NCBI GenBank assembly: GCA_051362555.1
Contig: CM120640.1
Span: forward strand, 60,118,788 to 60,182,787
DNA: 64,000 nt
Direction of reading: 5' to 3'
Source: Lingula anatina
Lineage: Eukaryota; Animalia; Brachiopoda
Shown here in pieces: positions 43,430-56,800 of this stretch. The notes beneath the pieces are model-generated. The model ran no database searches, had not been told where the DNA came from, and saw nothing but the letters and a program-made list of their open reading frames with translations. Numbering within the stretch: position 1 is the first letter of the stretch; each line of letters starts with the position of its first letter. Made by a program: the position numbers and the translations under genes.

Positions 43430-46400
43430 AACTCTTTATGAAAGCTTGGACTATTCCCAGTGTTGTAAGTTAATTGTATTCCAACAGGTGGTTGTCCATA
43501 AAGTCGTAGTTTTAGGTTTATGTTCTGTAACGTTTACCTCTAGTTAAGAGTACATACTTCTTGCTTCTAGTTTTGACATATGATACCCTGGTTTTTGCTT
43601 TCACGTAGCACACATTCTATTTTAATTAAACAAGAATAGTTATAAAAGATGATATAGATGCACAAGTACTTATTTAATACAGTTTGACAGTTTTATCTCA
43701 TATGAGATATACATCCACTAATTTATAAATTTGGGAAAGTTTGATTAATGATGGTCCAGATTATATTTTTGTTCTTTATTATTATTATACTGTTCCTTTC
43801 TGCGGTCTGACTCAGGTGGTGTATTTGGTAAAAAATGGTTGCACTACTTTAAAAATAGTATTTCTTTGATAAATCGTGGGAGGCTCACATGTCTTCATGT
43901 GATGCATTCTTACTTACAGCACTTTTGACTTTTATGACTTATGTCAGCAATGCAATGTATTAACCTTGACATCATCATTTACTAGAGGGCACTTTAGAGA
44001 CACTACTTAACTCCTGTGAATCCCAGACTTGGGAGTTCATGATAGAATAATTGTTTAAGTTAATGATTAAGAATGTGGTCAGATTTCAAACTCATACATC
44101 AAAGTCTAGCTCCTGCTATACATGTTGTTAAGGTTAATGTCATGGAGTCAAAGAACTGAGACAAGGAATAAAATGCCACTTATTGTTATATGGGGGTTGC
44201 ATGATGAATAAAATCAACATTTTTTCCTTCATACTGGAAGGTAAGAAATTTTATGCATCAGAAATATTTATGCATCAGCGTAGAAATACAAACTGAGTTT
44301 TAGACTATGGAAGTGACTTGCCTGAAGTAAATTTTAAAGAAAATGTTGTGAGCAGTCCTAAATACTTGATTGTATGGCATGACTTTTTTGAAACAAGACA
44401 GCTAAATTTTGGTTGGCAGTGGTATTGAGAACAATTTCATAAGGGCCCAAAAATTGTTTTAATGACTTCAAAGGAACTCTGGCTGGGTTAGCGCTAACAC
44501 TCATCAATTCAATTGAGCCAAATGCTAAAAGTGACTTAAGTTGGCTAACAAAAAATGGTTGATTTGACTTGTTTCAGTCAAATTCAAATCATGTGGAGAA
44601 AAAAGTGATGAAAAGGGGTGATTTGGCAAAGAGAAAAAAATTCCCAGTCTGGTGCATATCAGATGCTATATATTTTAGTAGATCTGCATATCAGGTCATC
44701 TGAATGTTAGTTCTGTTTGATGTAGCATCGGGCATTTTTGTTTTTCTGCTTTTATTTGATATTTGTCATTTATAATATGATACTGGTTGTAATTCATATT
44801 TGACCAATATTGTTGAGCTTTTTATCTAAAAGCAATTTAATGGATTACTAATATCAGAGTTCTACATAAACATCAGTGTAGCTTTTTCCATTCTGACTAG
44901 TTATTGTTTTCAGAAAAGAAGCAATATGTGGCAAACAAAAATTTGTATGTATCTCTGTTTTATAATTGCAATGGTTATTTATTTAGTTAATTTTCAATCT
45001 TTTAATAATAAGCAAATTTTATTTAAGCCACCCATTTAGCTAAACATCTGATGGTAGTGCCACTGTGAAATTAATAGTATTATGATAAAAATGCCTGAAA
45101 TTCTTTTTTATTCAACTCTCATATTGCAAAATTGATTACCATAATTGTAAGGCCTTTTTGTTACATAATTACTTTGGTTATTGATTGAAGATATTACTTG
45201 AAGGTTCAAAACACTAGTGCTTTAAGTGTAACTGTGGCACTTTTTTGAATCGGTGAATTAATTATAATTTGAACACAGCTTTGTTTATGAACGATTAGTT
45301 GGGTTGATATTAAAAAGACCGAATATGTGAAATATCATGTGTAAAAATATTTATTCTGTTTGTGTCTAAAACATTGAACAAGCTAGAAATAACCCACTGG
45401 ATGCCTGTAAGCTAGAATTCAGTAATGTGCAGGTCCCATAAGGGAAACTATATGTACCTAAAGCTTAGATAAGTAAGTATTGTTTCAGTGAACAAGGACT
45501 CTTGTTGTGCTACCTTGCAACCACTGAGGGTCAGTTGAAGGACCGTAAGAGGATGAAATTTGATTGTTATCTTTGGATGATAGTGAAACAATATAGGAAA
45601 GTATGAATTAGAGGCATAATTCCTTTATAATTACCTCAGCAGATATTATGATAAGGGGGTTGATAACTATAGTTTACATAATATTTGCACCTCCACATAA
45701 CCGGATGAAAGTGAAAATGACATACATAAAATCTGTTTTCAGTTCTGTTTTTAGTATCCAGTGATATTATGGAAGGGGGTGCTAGTTGTTAAAAGGTACA
45801 GGGCTGTGCCAGTCTATGATGATGCTGGTGCCATTTGTGATTGTAGATTTGACTTTAGTGTCACCTTGTTTTTCATCTGCCTAACAATTGGATACTTGTT
45901 ATTGGGTCACATAGTCAATCTGCCAAAGAATGTGGATGAAAAAACATTAAAGAAGAAAATGTGTTATGGAATGCCTTAAGTGAACACGTGTTTATGAAAA
46001 ATTTTAAAGGCAGATGTAGCTCTAGCCCTCTCCCTCAATATATGGGATGGAAACAGTATGGTTAATAACACTGCATATTGTTTTGTGTTCTTGTGATCTT
46101 TTCCTCATATATGAGGTTATGAAATGTATATTAATGGTCTTCTAGTCACCTGTCTACTATTGATGGGCTATGTTAATATATTTGATAATAAGTAACTTGG
46201 TCGTGCTAATTTACTGACATACTTTATATGAAAAACATTTCAGCTGGTTCATATATTGACCATAAGTCTGCAATAATAGTTTGTGTTGATATACATTATG
46301 TATATCATGATATAGCCTTTAACTTAATATCATGAATATAATCAATTATTAGATAAAATTTAAATCTTTTAACCATACATATTCATACATATTCTAAGTA

Positions 46401-47869
46401 AACACATTTTACTAGTATTTCACAATCACCCATAAGCATGTGATTAGTTATTTCAAAAGGTTGGTGAGTAATTTGGGTGGAGAGCTCCCCTATTGTTAAA
46501 CATACAGAAATCAGGTACATGTATTTCAGTGAGAAAAAGATATTGGATTTCTCGTACACTTATGTCTTAGACATCTCTGGGTGTGGCCTATCTTTAACAA
46601 ATAGTTATTGATAATCAAGCATGACTTGTTGAGTTACCAAGAGGGTCTTCATGTTCTCAACAGTAGGGTTGAACAGTGATACAAGTGATGACAGATGTTT
46701 AAGACCTTGGTATAGAAGTGACTTGCCCTCTCAGTTCTCAGTGTGTCATGCTAAGGTCGGTGCATCCAAGTCTACTGTATTAGCTATAGAATGTTGACAT
46801 AACCGTGAAAATGAATTTGAAGCAAAAAGGGTTGTTGACACTTTGGCTGTAGATAAACATAGTTTATTAAGGGTAATGTGACCCAAACAAAATAAGGCAA
46901 AGTTGTGCAGTGGTAGAGAAGAGAATAGAAGGAACATAATCAGATATTACAGGTAGAAGCTAGAAATGCGGTTACCTTTGATGAATAGATTTGATTGTGT
47001 AAGTCCATCTCCCTTAAAGACAATGTTCATAGGTAGAATAAGCTCTACCTTTTAGGGGATATTACATAGTGCTTCTGCAAAGAGTCTCAGTGAGTTCCAA
47101 TACTTGTGCGTTCTGTTGAAATTTCAAATAGTTCAAGACAGTTATAAATTGTGAATTCACAAATTAAGAAAGTAGAAGATAATGAAAGATTTCCAGTTCC
47201 TTATTCCTGCCTCACAACTAATGTAGGTTTACACAATTGTATGTCATGGTTTTATCTCGCAAGTGTTGAATTTCTACCATCTTACTGCTGTTGTGGGTTA
47301 ATATTTTGATTGAAAAGTGAACAAACTACTTATTTTTGCTTAATCAAAAACATGAAGTAATTTTCTTTATTAGAAAAAATAACCAAAAAGTGTATATAAA
47401 ATATAGCATAGAAATTTGACTTTAACCTTTAAGTTTTTAGTATGTCTTTGGATAGGGTAAACAGGTGTTTTATTGATAAATGGTTGATAAGGGCCGGTTT
47501 ATGTCTGTTCTTGGAATAAAGGTATAATCTATTTGATAACATTGTCACATAGTTTACAGTGCATTTACAGGTATCCTGTTTGGTATTGTATTTGGTTTTA
47601 AGGTGCTGTTTATTTGTCTAAAGCAGTCAGAAATACTTTTGACATGAGAAGCAATATAACGAGGTTGCTGAAGTCAGAATTAAACCTCTAGCATTGAAAT
47701 ATTGCATGTAGATAGCCTCACGTAGAACCTTCGATATTGTGTTTATGATAAATGTGTTGCTGCAGCAGTGGTGTACCTTAACATAACCAAAGGTTACTTT
47801 GTTGAAGAAATTCTCTGTTACAGGATAATTATTATTCCTTTTCTCATTCTAGTTTTCTAGTGATGAATT

Positions 47870-50800
47870 ATGCCAGGTGTCATGCAACGTGGTAATGATA
47901 TGTATGGGTATGGACAGCCACAGGAAAAGTAAGTCATGTCTATCAAATAAGATTTTAAAATTTTAGTAAGCATCTTTTCTGAAATCTGTTTTCCTCAATT
48001 TTTTCTCTGTGACAATTTTCTGTTAAGCGTTTGCTGGTGATTTTTATCTAAATTACCTATTTCAGCTATAAGTGAAAACAAAAATTATTGTGTTCTGTCT
48101 ATTTGTGATGTTATAAGGTAAATTTTGTAAAAAAAGTGATAACATTGGAATTATCTGAAATTATCTTAATAAATTTAGGTATCCTGGATGTATTTGAAAA
48201 AGTCATTTTTATTCTGCAGAGCTTCTTATCTTTACTAATTCATATCTTTAAAGACAATAAAACTCATAGAACAAAAGTTTATCTGAAGTGTACCTGATGA
48301 TGATAGTTCCATCTGAGCCCTTGATTCTTACCATGTCATTCCCAGTTCTTTGCAGTACGTCTTGTGAAATGCCAGGTTGATGGATGGTGGTCTTGATATT
48401 ACATGAAACATTTAGAACTGAATATTTTTTTTTAATTGTACAAAACGTCAAATTCAGGGACAGGCCAAGCAAGGAATTTTGAGTAGGAAAAAGTTTTTTC
48501 TTGTAGAAAATTCGATTTGGCATGAAAATCCTAGATACAGTAATTTTGATAAAAGTATCCATGGTTTACATTTATGCAGAAAGTCTGTTTTAAATAAAGT
48601 AATAGATATGAATTTTTATGTTGAAGTATTAATATAACAGGAAGAGGTTTTTATCCTGCAAGCTACCTATTGTGGCAAGGTGTCTGAGAGCAAGACCACT
48701 TGACCAATGTTCTTAATGCCCAATTGATGAATGCACATATTAATGTAAAGCAACAGTCTAAAGGCATGCATGTGTTTTATGTATTGTTTATGTTATTTTG
48801 TATGAAAACCGAATATGGATAGAGATATTTTCATTAAGCAAGGTTTCCATTTCTCTTTTCAAGTATTGTTATTCACTAGGGGGTTGATACATGCAGATCT
48901 ATGTCATAATGGAATGTGCCCCAAAGAAATGATATTAGAGAAGAATAAGGGCAGTCATGTGTTAGAAAGTTGAGTAAAGAAATTTGCGGATAGATTTCAT
49001 AAACATAGGCTGGGCAAGACACCTACAGGATAGAATTTAAACCCTTGTCACATCACTGGCCTCTTTCAATTTACTGTGTTGAAATTAAACCAGATGATAG
49101 AATAAAAGTTAATATGAACTGACTTAAATTTGGCCAGTGAGTAATATTAATGGAAGCAGTTAATGATGATGAATATGAATATAATCTTTTTTTACTTAAG
49201 ATATATTATTTAAATTGCATATTTTTGAACAAATTATACTTGTTGTGACACTAACAGGCTGGTTTGAAAGCAAATACACTGTATTTGCCTTCTTTGCTGT
49301 TAGGGAAGCATTTTAGTTGAAGTGGTATTGCATGGGCTCTGTTTACAGAGTTGCTTAAACTTGCCTCAATAAACAGAGGTGCATATTGGAGCCCGTTTCC
49401 TCCACCTGGTATGAAAAATAAAAAGAACAATTTGCAGTGTTAACATTGCATGTATGTTGATGTCAGATGATATACTGCACCAGTGGGTGATAGTAGGCCC
49501 TTCTACAGGGCGACTCGAGACTGAAAAAATTAAGAGTCACTGGAGGGAAGTTGGTTTGATGGTTGGAACAGTAAGTTGCATATTGAAATCCAATATCCCA
49601 AGTGCATGAGGGACGCTCATTCATAGTCAAATCTTGCTACACAAAGCAAGTCCCTTAGGAATGTTATGGGGTGTAACTCTGAATAGCTGCGGTGAAGGGA
49701 AGACTTGAACAGGACCTTGGATAGGAGTGTTGGAGCTGTTCATCTTAACTTAAGAATTATTATTTTTTCCTTTCCAGTGGCTATGACGCATACAGAGGCA
49801 GAGAAGATTCTTACAGAATGAGGTAGGAAGAGTTTGAGACAGAGACAGCATTATACATTTTTGTGTTTTTGCTTTGGTTGCATAAATAAGGTGTTATTGA
49901 AGAAATATAATCAAATTCTTGTAGTCTGATCAAATAATTTCTTCCTTAATGAATAATTGAGAATCATGGTCTTAAAGTTTTTTTAGAATGTGTGCTTTAA
50001 TTATTATTTGCACATTTTTTTAAAGAGAAAATCCATATCCTCCCAGGGAAGAGCCCATGTATGCCCGCTCATCAAAACAGAATGGGGTGAATCACGCAGA
50101 TTATAACTACAGACCCAGGGAAATGGATTACCAGAATGGATATAACACTGGTGAGCACCAGAATTATTTAAATTTAATTTTATCAGTAAGTTATGATTAC
50201 ATATAAATAGATGACAATTTTGGGAAAAGACATTTAAAAGTAATTTTGAAAAAGAAGTGGTAGAACAGATAACAGCAATTAAAAATACCAAAAATATCCA
50301 TAGAATGCAATTAATATATAAATAAAAAGGCACTTCTATTCCCCTTTGACATGACCCCTTTGATTTGTCACTTTGAGAAGTGGTCAGTATTATTTCCTGT
50401 AGCTGTGTTCATTTTGGCAAAGATGGTTAAAAATGGCAGGTAAAGTGCTAAGAGAAACTGATACATAGAGAGAGTTGAAATTCCATTTATTGCTGAATCT
50501 GTTATTCAGAGTGATCTGAATAACCACCAAGGGGCTGTATACACATACAAACTGCAGAGAAGTCAGTTCCAATAATCACAATTATACTTTAAGGAAAGCA
50601 CTATATATTGAATGTGACCACAAATTGGTGTGGTGATGGTGATGGTAATGATAGCAGTGTTTAATACTTTATGGTTCTCCTAAACACAGGGTGTACACAG
50701 ATTTAGAAGAAGACCTGGGGGATAAGGGACAATTATTAATCAAGTAAAGCAGACACTATAGCCGCATCTTAAACCACAAATTGGCAATACAAGTAACAGT

Positions 50801-53800
50801 TGGCTTAATGCATGTATAGCTGTAGATACTACTTCATTTTTGCAATCCTGTACAGGGGGGGTAAGGAACTATTGTTTATGAAGGAGGAAACTTCCTTCGC
50901 AACACAAATTGCTTGTTTCATGCATGTTATATTTTACGCTGTCAGTCAATGTACTGGAGATGTCTTGATATTGGCCTTGGTACCCGTCCAAACTGTATAT
51001 AGCTAACATATGGCAGAGAATGACAAATGTCTTGTTTTGGTACATACAATGAAAAATACAAAACACTTATCAACTATCTTAATGCTCTCGTGTGAAATGT
51101 GCTTTGGTTGGTTGAGGTAACATTTGATTATAATGAATGTGTTTCAACTGGTGTGACATGTTCCTTAATTGTATATGTTATTAATGGTATTTTTTTTTAA
51201 TAATCAAGATGTTAAATGATTGTGAATATATAGAACAGGTGAATTCCATGTGGTGGATGTCACATGCTAGGAATACTCTTTGTGGTCTCTTGGGTAACAA
51301 GCCCAGGCATTGTTACCTGACAGACTTTGTCAGGGTCATCAATCTTTCGGCTCGGTTGATTATAGTTACATGTCAGGACACAAACACAGTGTATTTGTAT
51401 ACCATGGGGCAAAATAAACAGGTGTAATAGTATTTCAAATCCTTTCAAATTGCATTTGTTTCAAGTTAGAACAAAGAAATAACCTATCCATTACTATTTC
51501 TACTTAATTAAGGAAAGTAAAAAAAACCCAAAAGGTGCCATAGATAGTCAAATTAACATGCTTAAGAGCTGTTTTAAAAATTAAGATTTTTATTATTATA
51601 ATATAAATCTGCATACTTTTAGTTAAGATTTTTTGTTACATGCTTTGCTCTTCCTCTCACACTGAAGTAGTTTGTGTATGCAGGTAAGGCTGGGTGGGGT
51701 GAGATATGAGTTTGTGTTTTAGCTTAATAGATAAGACAGTTAAGTCTTAGTTAATGTTAGACCATGTCTGTTTGTTTCTTTGGTTTATCTTATCTTTTGC
51801 TGTCACAAATTTTGATAAACTCCTCTGTCTTAGGTTTGGTAACACAGGTATGGGAGCACTGCCATGGGACCTGGTTATGTTTGGGATCATTTACTTTAAG
51901 AGACCAGAGTTAATAGTATATATTATTTCTGTTAACCTTGCAGTTTTGACATTGATATTGGATTGTGGTGAACGTTAGGGGCATCTGTCACATATGACTG
52001 TATGGAGCAATTTTTTAGATGTCTGTTACCCCAGAGTTGAATGGAGTTGAAACAATTTGAAATTTCCTAGGTCAGGATTTGTAGCTTTACTCCAAAATCA
52101 TGCCATGCATATTTTTACTCTAAAGAGAATATCCTCTCCCCCACCCCCCACCCCACCCCTGCACCAACTCAATGTGCTTGTGTCTGGGTTTTTGGTAAAA
52201 TTTATATCTGACTGATATAACAAAATAAGTGAAATCCAAGGTGCCCTAGTTCGGCTCTGTAACTACTCAGTAGAGATAGTGTTTTTAGTGACAAATTTCT
52301 TTTTGACTTGTGTGTCAAGTTATCAAATCCCCACACGACAAGTGTAAAAATTATGCAGTAAATATCACTCCACATGCAATGGAGATAAAGGAACAGGTAA
52401 TTTGAGAATGCTGTAGAGCTCTATGAAAGCTTATCAGATATGTTCAAAGCAGCAGAAGTAGGTGATGACCCAAGTTGGCAACTTTTTGTACACCACATTA
52501 AGGTCAGTCTGATAAAATCAGAAAGAAAGAATACTAGTAAAGGAAATTGGTTAAGAAGGTATTGTGGAGAGCATGCAATATTTTCAATAGAAACGTAAGG
52601 TTAAATGCATAGGATATATTCTCTGTGAATTAGTGCAGATTTAATATTTCTATCCTTGACTGACAAATAAAAACATGAAAGCAAATCAGATTATAATAAC
52701 TCTTTTTGATATATATTGAGAAAACACAACATGTGTACCCTCTACCAGGGCGACTGATAGATTTTTACGGATATTCACAGATATGTCTCTACCTAGATAG
52801 ATTGTCATTTTCAACTGAAGTGACATGTGTATCAAATTTTGCCAAACAATGTGAAACATTGAGATATTTTATTATCTGTGTTGTTGGGGGTTAATTAAAA
52901 GGATTTTTGTTGGGTTTGTTTCATGTGACTGTCATTTAAGTAACAAAAAGTAAAATGAAGTCTAAATGAAGACAACATCTGCTCCTTCCCTTCCAGCTGT
53001 GTCCTCGTGCATATTGTGTCACTTAGCATCAAAAGCCAAATAGCTATGGACAGAGGGGCATGGAGGGGTGTCAAAATGTTGATCATACAAATGCATTTAG
53101 TCACTGCAGCAATGTGTCTGGACAAAGCCAGGACAATTCACCAGCTGTTTGGTTTAAAATTTCTAGAAGAGCAAGCAAGGGATGTCATGTCTTGGTGGAT
53201 AGCTCCCAATTATCGAGATAGATTGTTGCTCTGGCAGAACTACTATGAAAGTTAACCATTCTGTGAATCGAGTAGTTTACCCTCTAGTTCAGGGCATGCA
53301 ACACCACACATAAAAGCCAAGGTTTTAGTGCAAGTGGTGGGTTTATGCACAGGGCACAGCTATCCATGTTAATGATGAGGATGGAAAGGAGGAAAGACTT
53401 GTGATAATCGAAACATGAGTTTCATGGAATACAATTTGGGAGGTAGCCAAGCAGAGACCATGTTATGAAGAGACCATGTTATGAAAGTCAAAGCAGCTTT
53501 GTCAAATGGGAGGGTATATGAACCTGTGATACTGAGTGAAATTTAAGAGTGTATAAGAGAACTGATTTGCAATGACATTGTTTTATTTTGCATATTATAA
53601 ATAAGTTGTGGTTAGCTGATAATCTGCTATAAATGCCACACACCTTTTATTGCAGCAACAACACTTAATTCTGATAAAAAGGTGCAGCCTTAATTCTGAT
53701 AATTGTGTTGTCATATCTTTTGTAAACTTCAGCTTGTCTATTATTACACAAGTCTGGTCCTGGTTTCTTTTCTAAGAAATGAAAGCTATTAGCAAATAAT

Positions 53801-56800
53801 TACTTTGAAGGATTTTTGTTGACTTGCTTATCCATTAATGAAGATGAATATAGTTATGACTTTTGTTGCCGAAATTATATTGTGTCAGTTGCACTTTGTA
53901 CCATCTTGTCCTTGGGGAGGTGGTTTTGAACTTTAGAAGTCATCAGGCCAAACATTAAAGTGCATAATGGACCGAGGTCATAATGGTTGACTGCTAATAT
54001 AGATTGACAGAGTTCAAATTGAAGGCCTGTTTCGTGTTTAAAAAACTGCATGTGTGTATAACTTGACTTCAAAAGAATTGGGAAAAAAGTAAAAAAAAAA
54101 AAAAATAAAGGGAGGTCAATAATGACTATTTCTTAATGTCATGTAGCTTAACTTCTTTGTGGGCAAGTTATTTTAGCATCTTCATGTAGTAAATATTTTA
54201 TAACCCTCGTTTACATTATATTGGAGTACCCTTATAAATTGTATACAGTTTTTGTAGAGCTTAGCAGTAAATGTATCATTATATTACTTTCAGCACCTGA
54301 GAGGATGTCTGAAAGAATGCCTGCACGAGATGACAGAGATCCATTTGGAAATCCAGTTTATGACATGGATCATTTGGCCACATTTACTGTGGGATCCAGA
54401 GAAGGTAAAATTATATGATATAACTTTTAGTTAACCATAGTCTTTACTTGTAAATAATATGAACCTTAAATAATATGGTTTGGGATTGTTCACTTTCAGA
54501 TTCAGAGAAGATTTAATAAAATGTTCCTAAATATTGGAATGAGTCATACAGCATGTAATAAATTCTGCTTTGATAAGTTTTCAGACATTCTGAGATCCCT
54601 CCCTCTGTTCTTTTAACAGTAAATGAATTAGAATCACTTTTAATGAACATTGTTCTCATGCTGATGAAGAGTGATGAACAAGGCAAAACCCTTAATGACC
54701 TACTTAAGGCCTTTATGCATTCTATGTATAGCAGAGAAAAGGGTTATCTGATTTGTTGTTTGGCTGTCATTCTCCAGGTTTATTGTTCCCAGAGGATGGG
54801 ATTCGCAAACTTCGCCAAATGGAACAGAACTCTGGGATCTGGACCATGAGATGTCGCATGGTGATAGAGAGGAAACATTTAGTGGTCATAGATGGACAGA
54901 CTGGAGTAAGTGCAGTTTGGAATATTTTTGATGTGTACTTGTTTCCTAGCAAACTAAGAACCTACAAACCTGTCTCCAGAGCAGCACACTTATCTGCATG
55001 CTAGCAGGTTTTCTCACAGTACGTGTTGTACTCATCCAACTAGTTTGTATATGTAACAGATGAGATTGTGTTTCAGTACAATCACTGATTCTCCTAGGAC
55101 AGGTCACGATGGGAATCAGTATATGTTCAGTTGCAACAACTTAAATCAATTATTTACTCCTAATGTCTGTTTTTTTGCAAGTTTTTATATGTGTATTTGT
55201 GTAATTCAGGAAGAAATGGAGCGTTTCCCCCTCCCTTTGGTTAGTGAGCCAGCAGCAGTGTCCAGCAGTGACCGCAGAGACATCTACAATAACATAGTCC
55301 TGTTCATAGTTGTAGAGGACCCAAAGAAGAAGAACTCTAACCCATCAGAAATGCACATATTCCAGTGTGTCTCCAGGCCGGTAAGCTCAGTTAATTTTTT
55401 AAATAATTGTCTTAGGGCTGGGAGATTTGACATTTATATTTAAAGTGAATTGTCATAAAATCATCAAAACGAAAGAGAGACCATATGAATAGCAGGCCAT
55501 ATATTTATAAAGTCTGAAATAAAATCATTATGTACATTTTTTTGCAGGCACAAGAGGTTGTAGATGATATAAAAGTGGCAAAGATGGGTAAAGTCAGGCC
55601 ATCTTCAGGGTAAGAGCAATCACTCAGAAAGACAAACTAGACTGATGTAATTAATTTGGGCGTACTGCCCTGAACATGACCCAAATCAAAGATTACAAAG
55701 TTATATAATTAAATAATTTACGTCTGTGAAAAATCTTTAAGAAGGAACTCCCAAAATGTATCAACATAAAGCACCAACTTTGACGTTCGGGTTAAGAAGG
55801 CTTATTGAAATTGCTGTTTGTACTTATTATTTTCCCTGATTAAGTATAGATTAAATATTCATGCAGCTTTAAATGTTGAATTTACATTGCCACTGTTTCT
55901 CACTAGGTTGGTTATATAGCCTTGTTGGTGTTATATCAGCAATTCTTAGTTAACCAGCTGGAAGACTGAAATGTTTTTGCTGGTTTATATTGTACCAACT
56001 TTGGAAAAGGATCTGTTCAAAATCGAATATCAAGTATAAAAGCAGCAATTTGGATGTCAGTGTGTGTCTGTTGTACTATGCAAGAAAATCATTTTACAAA
56101 TCCATCTAAGGACCAGTGAAAATAATGATTACAAGTACAACTTTCTGATTATACTCATTTTCTCATTTTACTCATTATACATCCAGAGGACCACCTCCAC
56201 GTATCCCACCTCCTCCCATTGAGCCTGCACCAGAACCTCCCAATGGCATGCAGGTTCGCAACCACATCAGCATGTTTGAAGAGCGTGGTCGCAGAGAACC
56301 ATACGGTGGTGGTTATGGTGTACCCAGAGGGCCCAGAACCAATGTCATGAGACGAGAGGATGATAATGACTCTGTTGTTAGTGAGAGGACGGAAAGAGAT
56401 GTGGTATGTTTTTCAGCATGCCAAAATATTGTGCAGCAAAGGGAAAGGGTGGTTTTGAAAAAATGATGCTTGACATATAATTTAAGCAAAAATAAAATAT
56501 ATACCATAAGATATGATGTATGATATGATATATGAAGACATTTTTTGTTACCGTTTCAGCAATTACTGAATCACTGCTTTGACGACATAGAGAAGTTTGT
56601 AGCACGACTTCAGTTTGCTGCAGAGGCATACAAAGAACTTTCCAGAAGACAGAAAAACAGAGGCAAATCAAAGAAGAAAGTTATGGGAGGTAAGCTCATT
56701 AACTCGTCAAGTGTCAGCTGGTTGTAATGTATTTCTGTTATAAAGCAATTATTGTAATAATGGTTTGAATGATTTATTTTGCATTGACAGTATTTCTGAC

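Noticed and set aside
43100-54290. Many 60-110-aa ORFs in the long EPS8 5' introns
   Set aside because: No recognisable domains or splice-consistent structure apart from the three small EPS8 exons listed.
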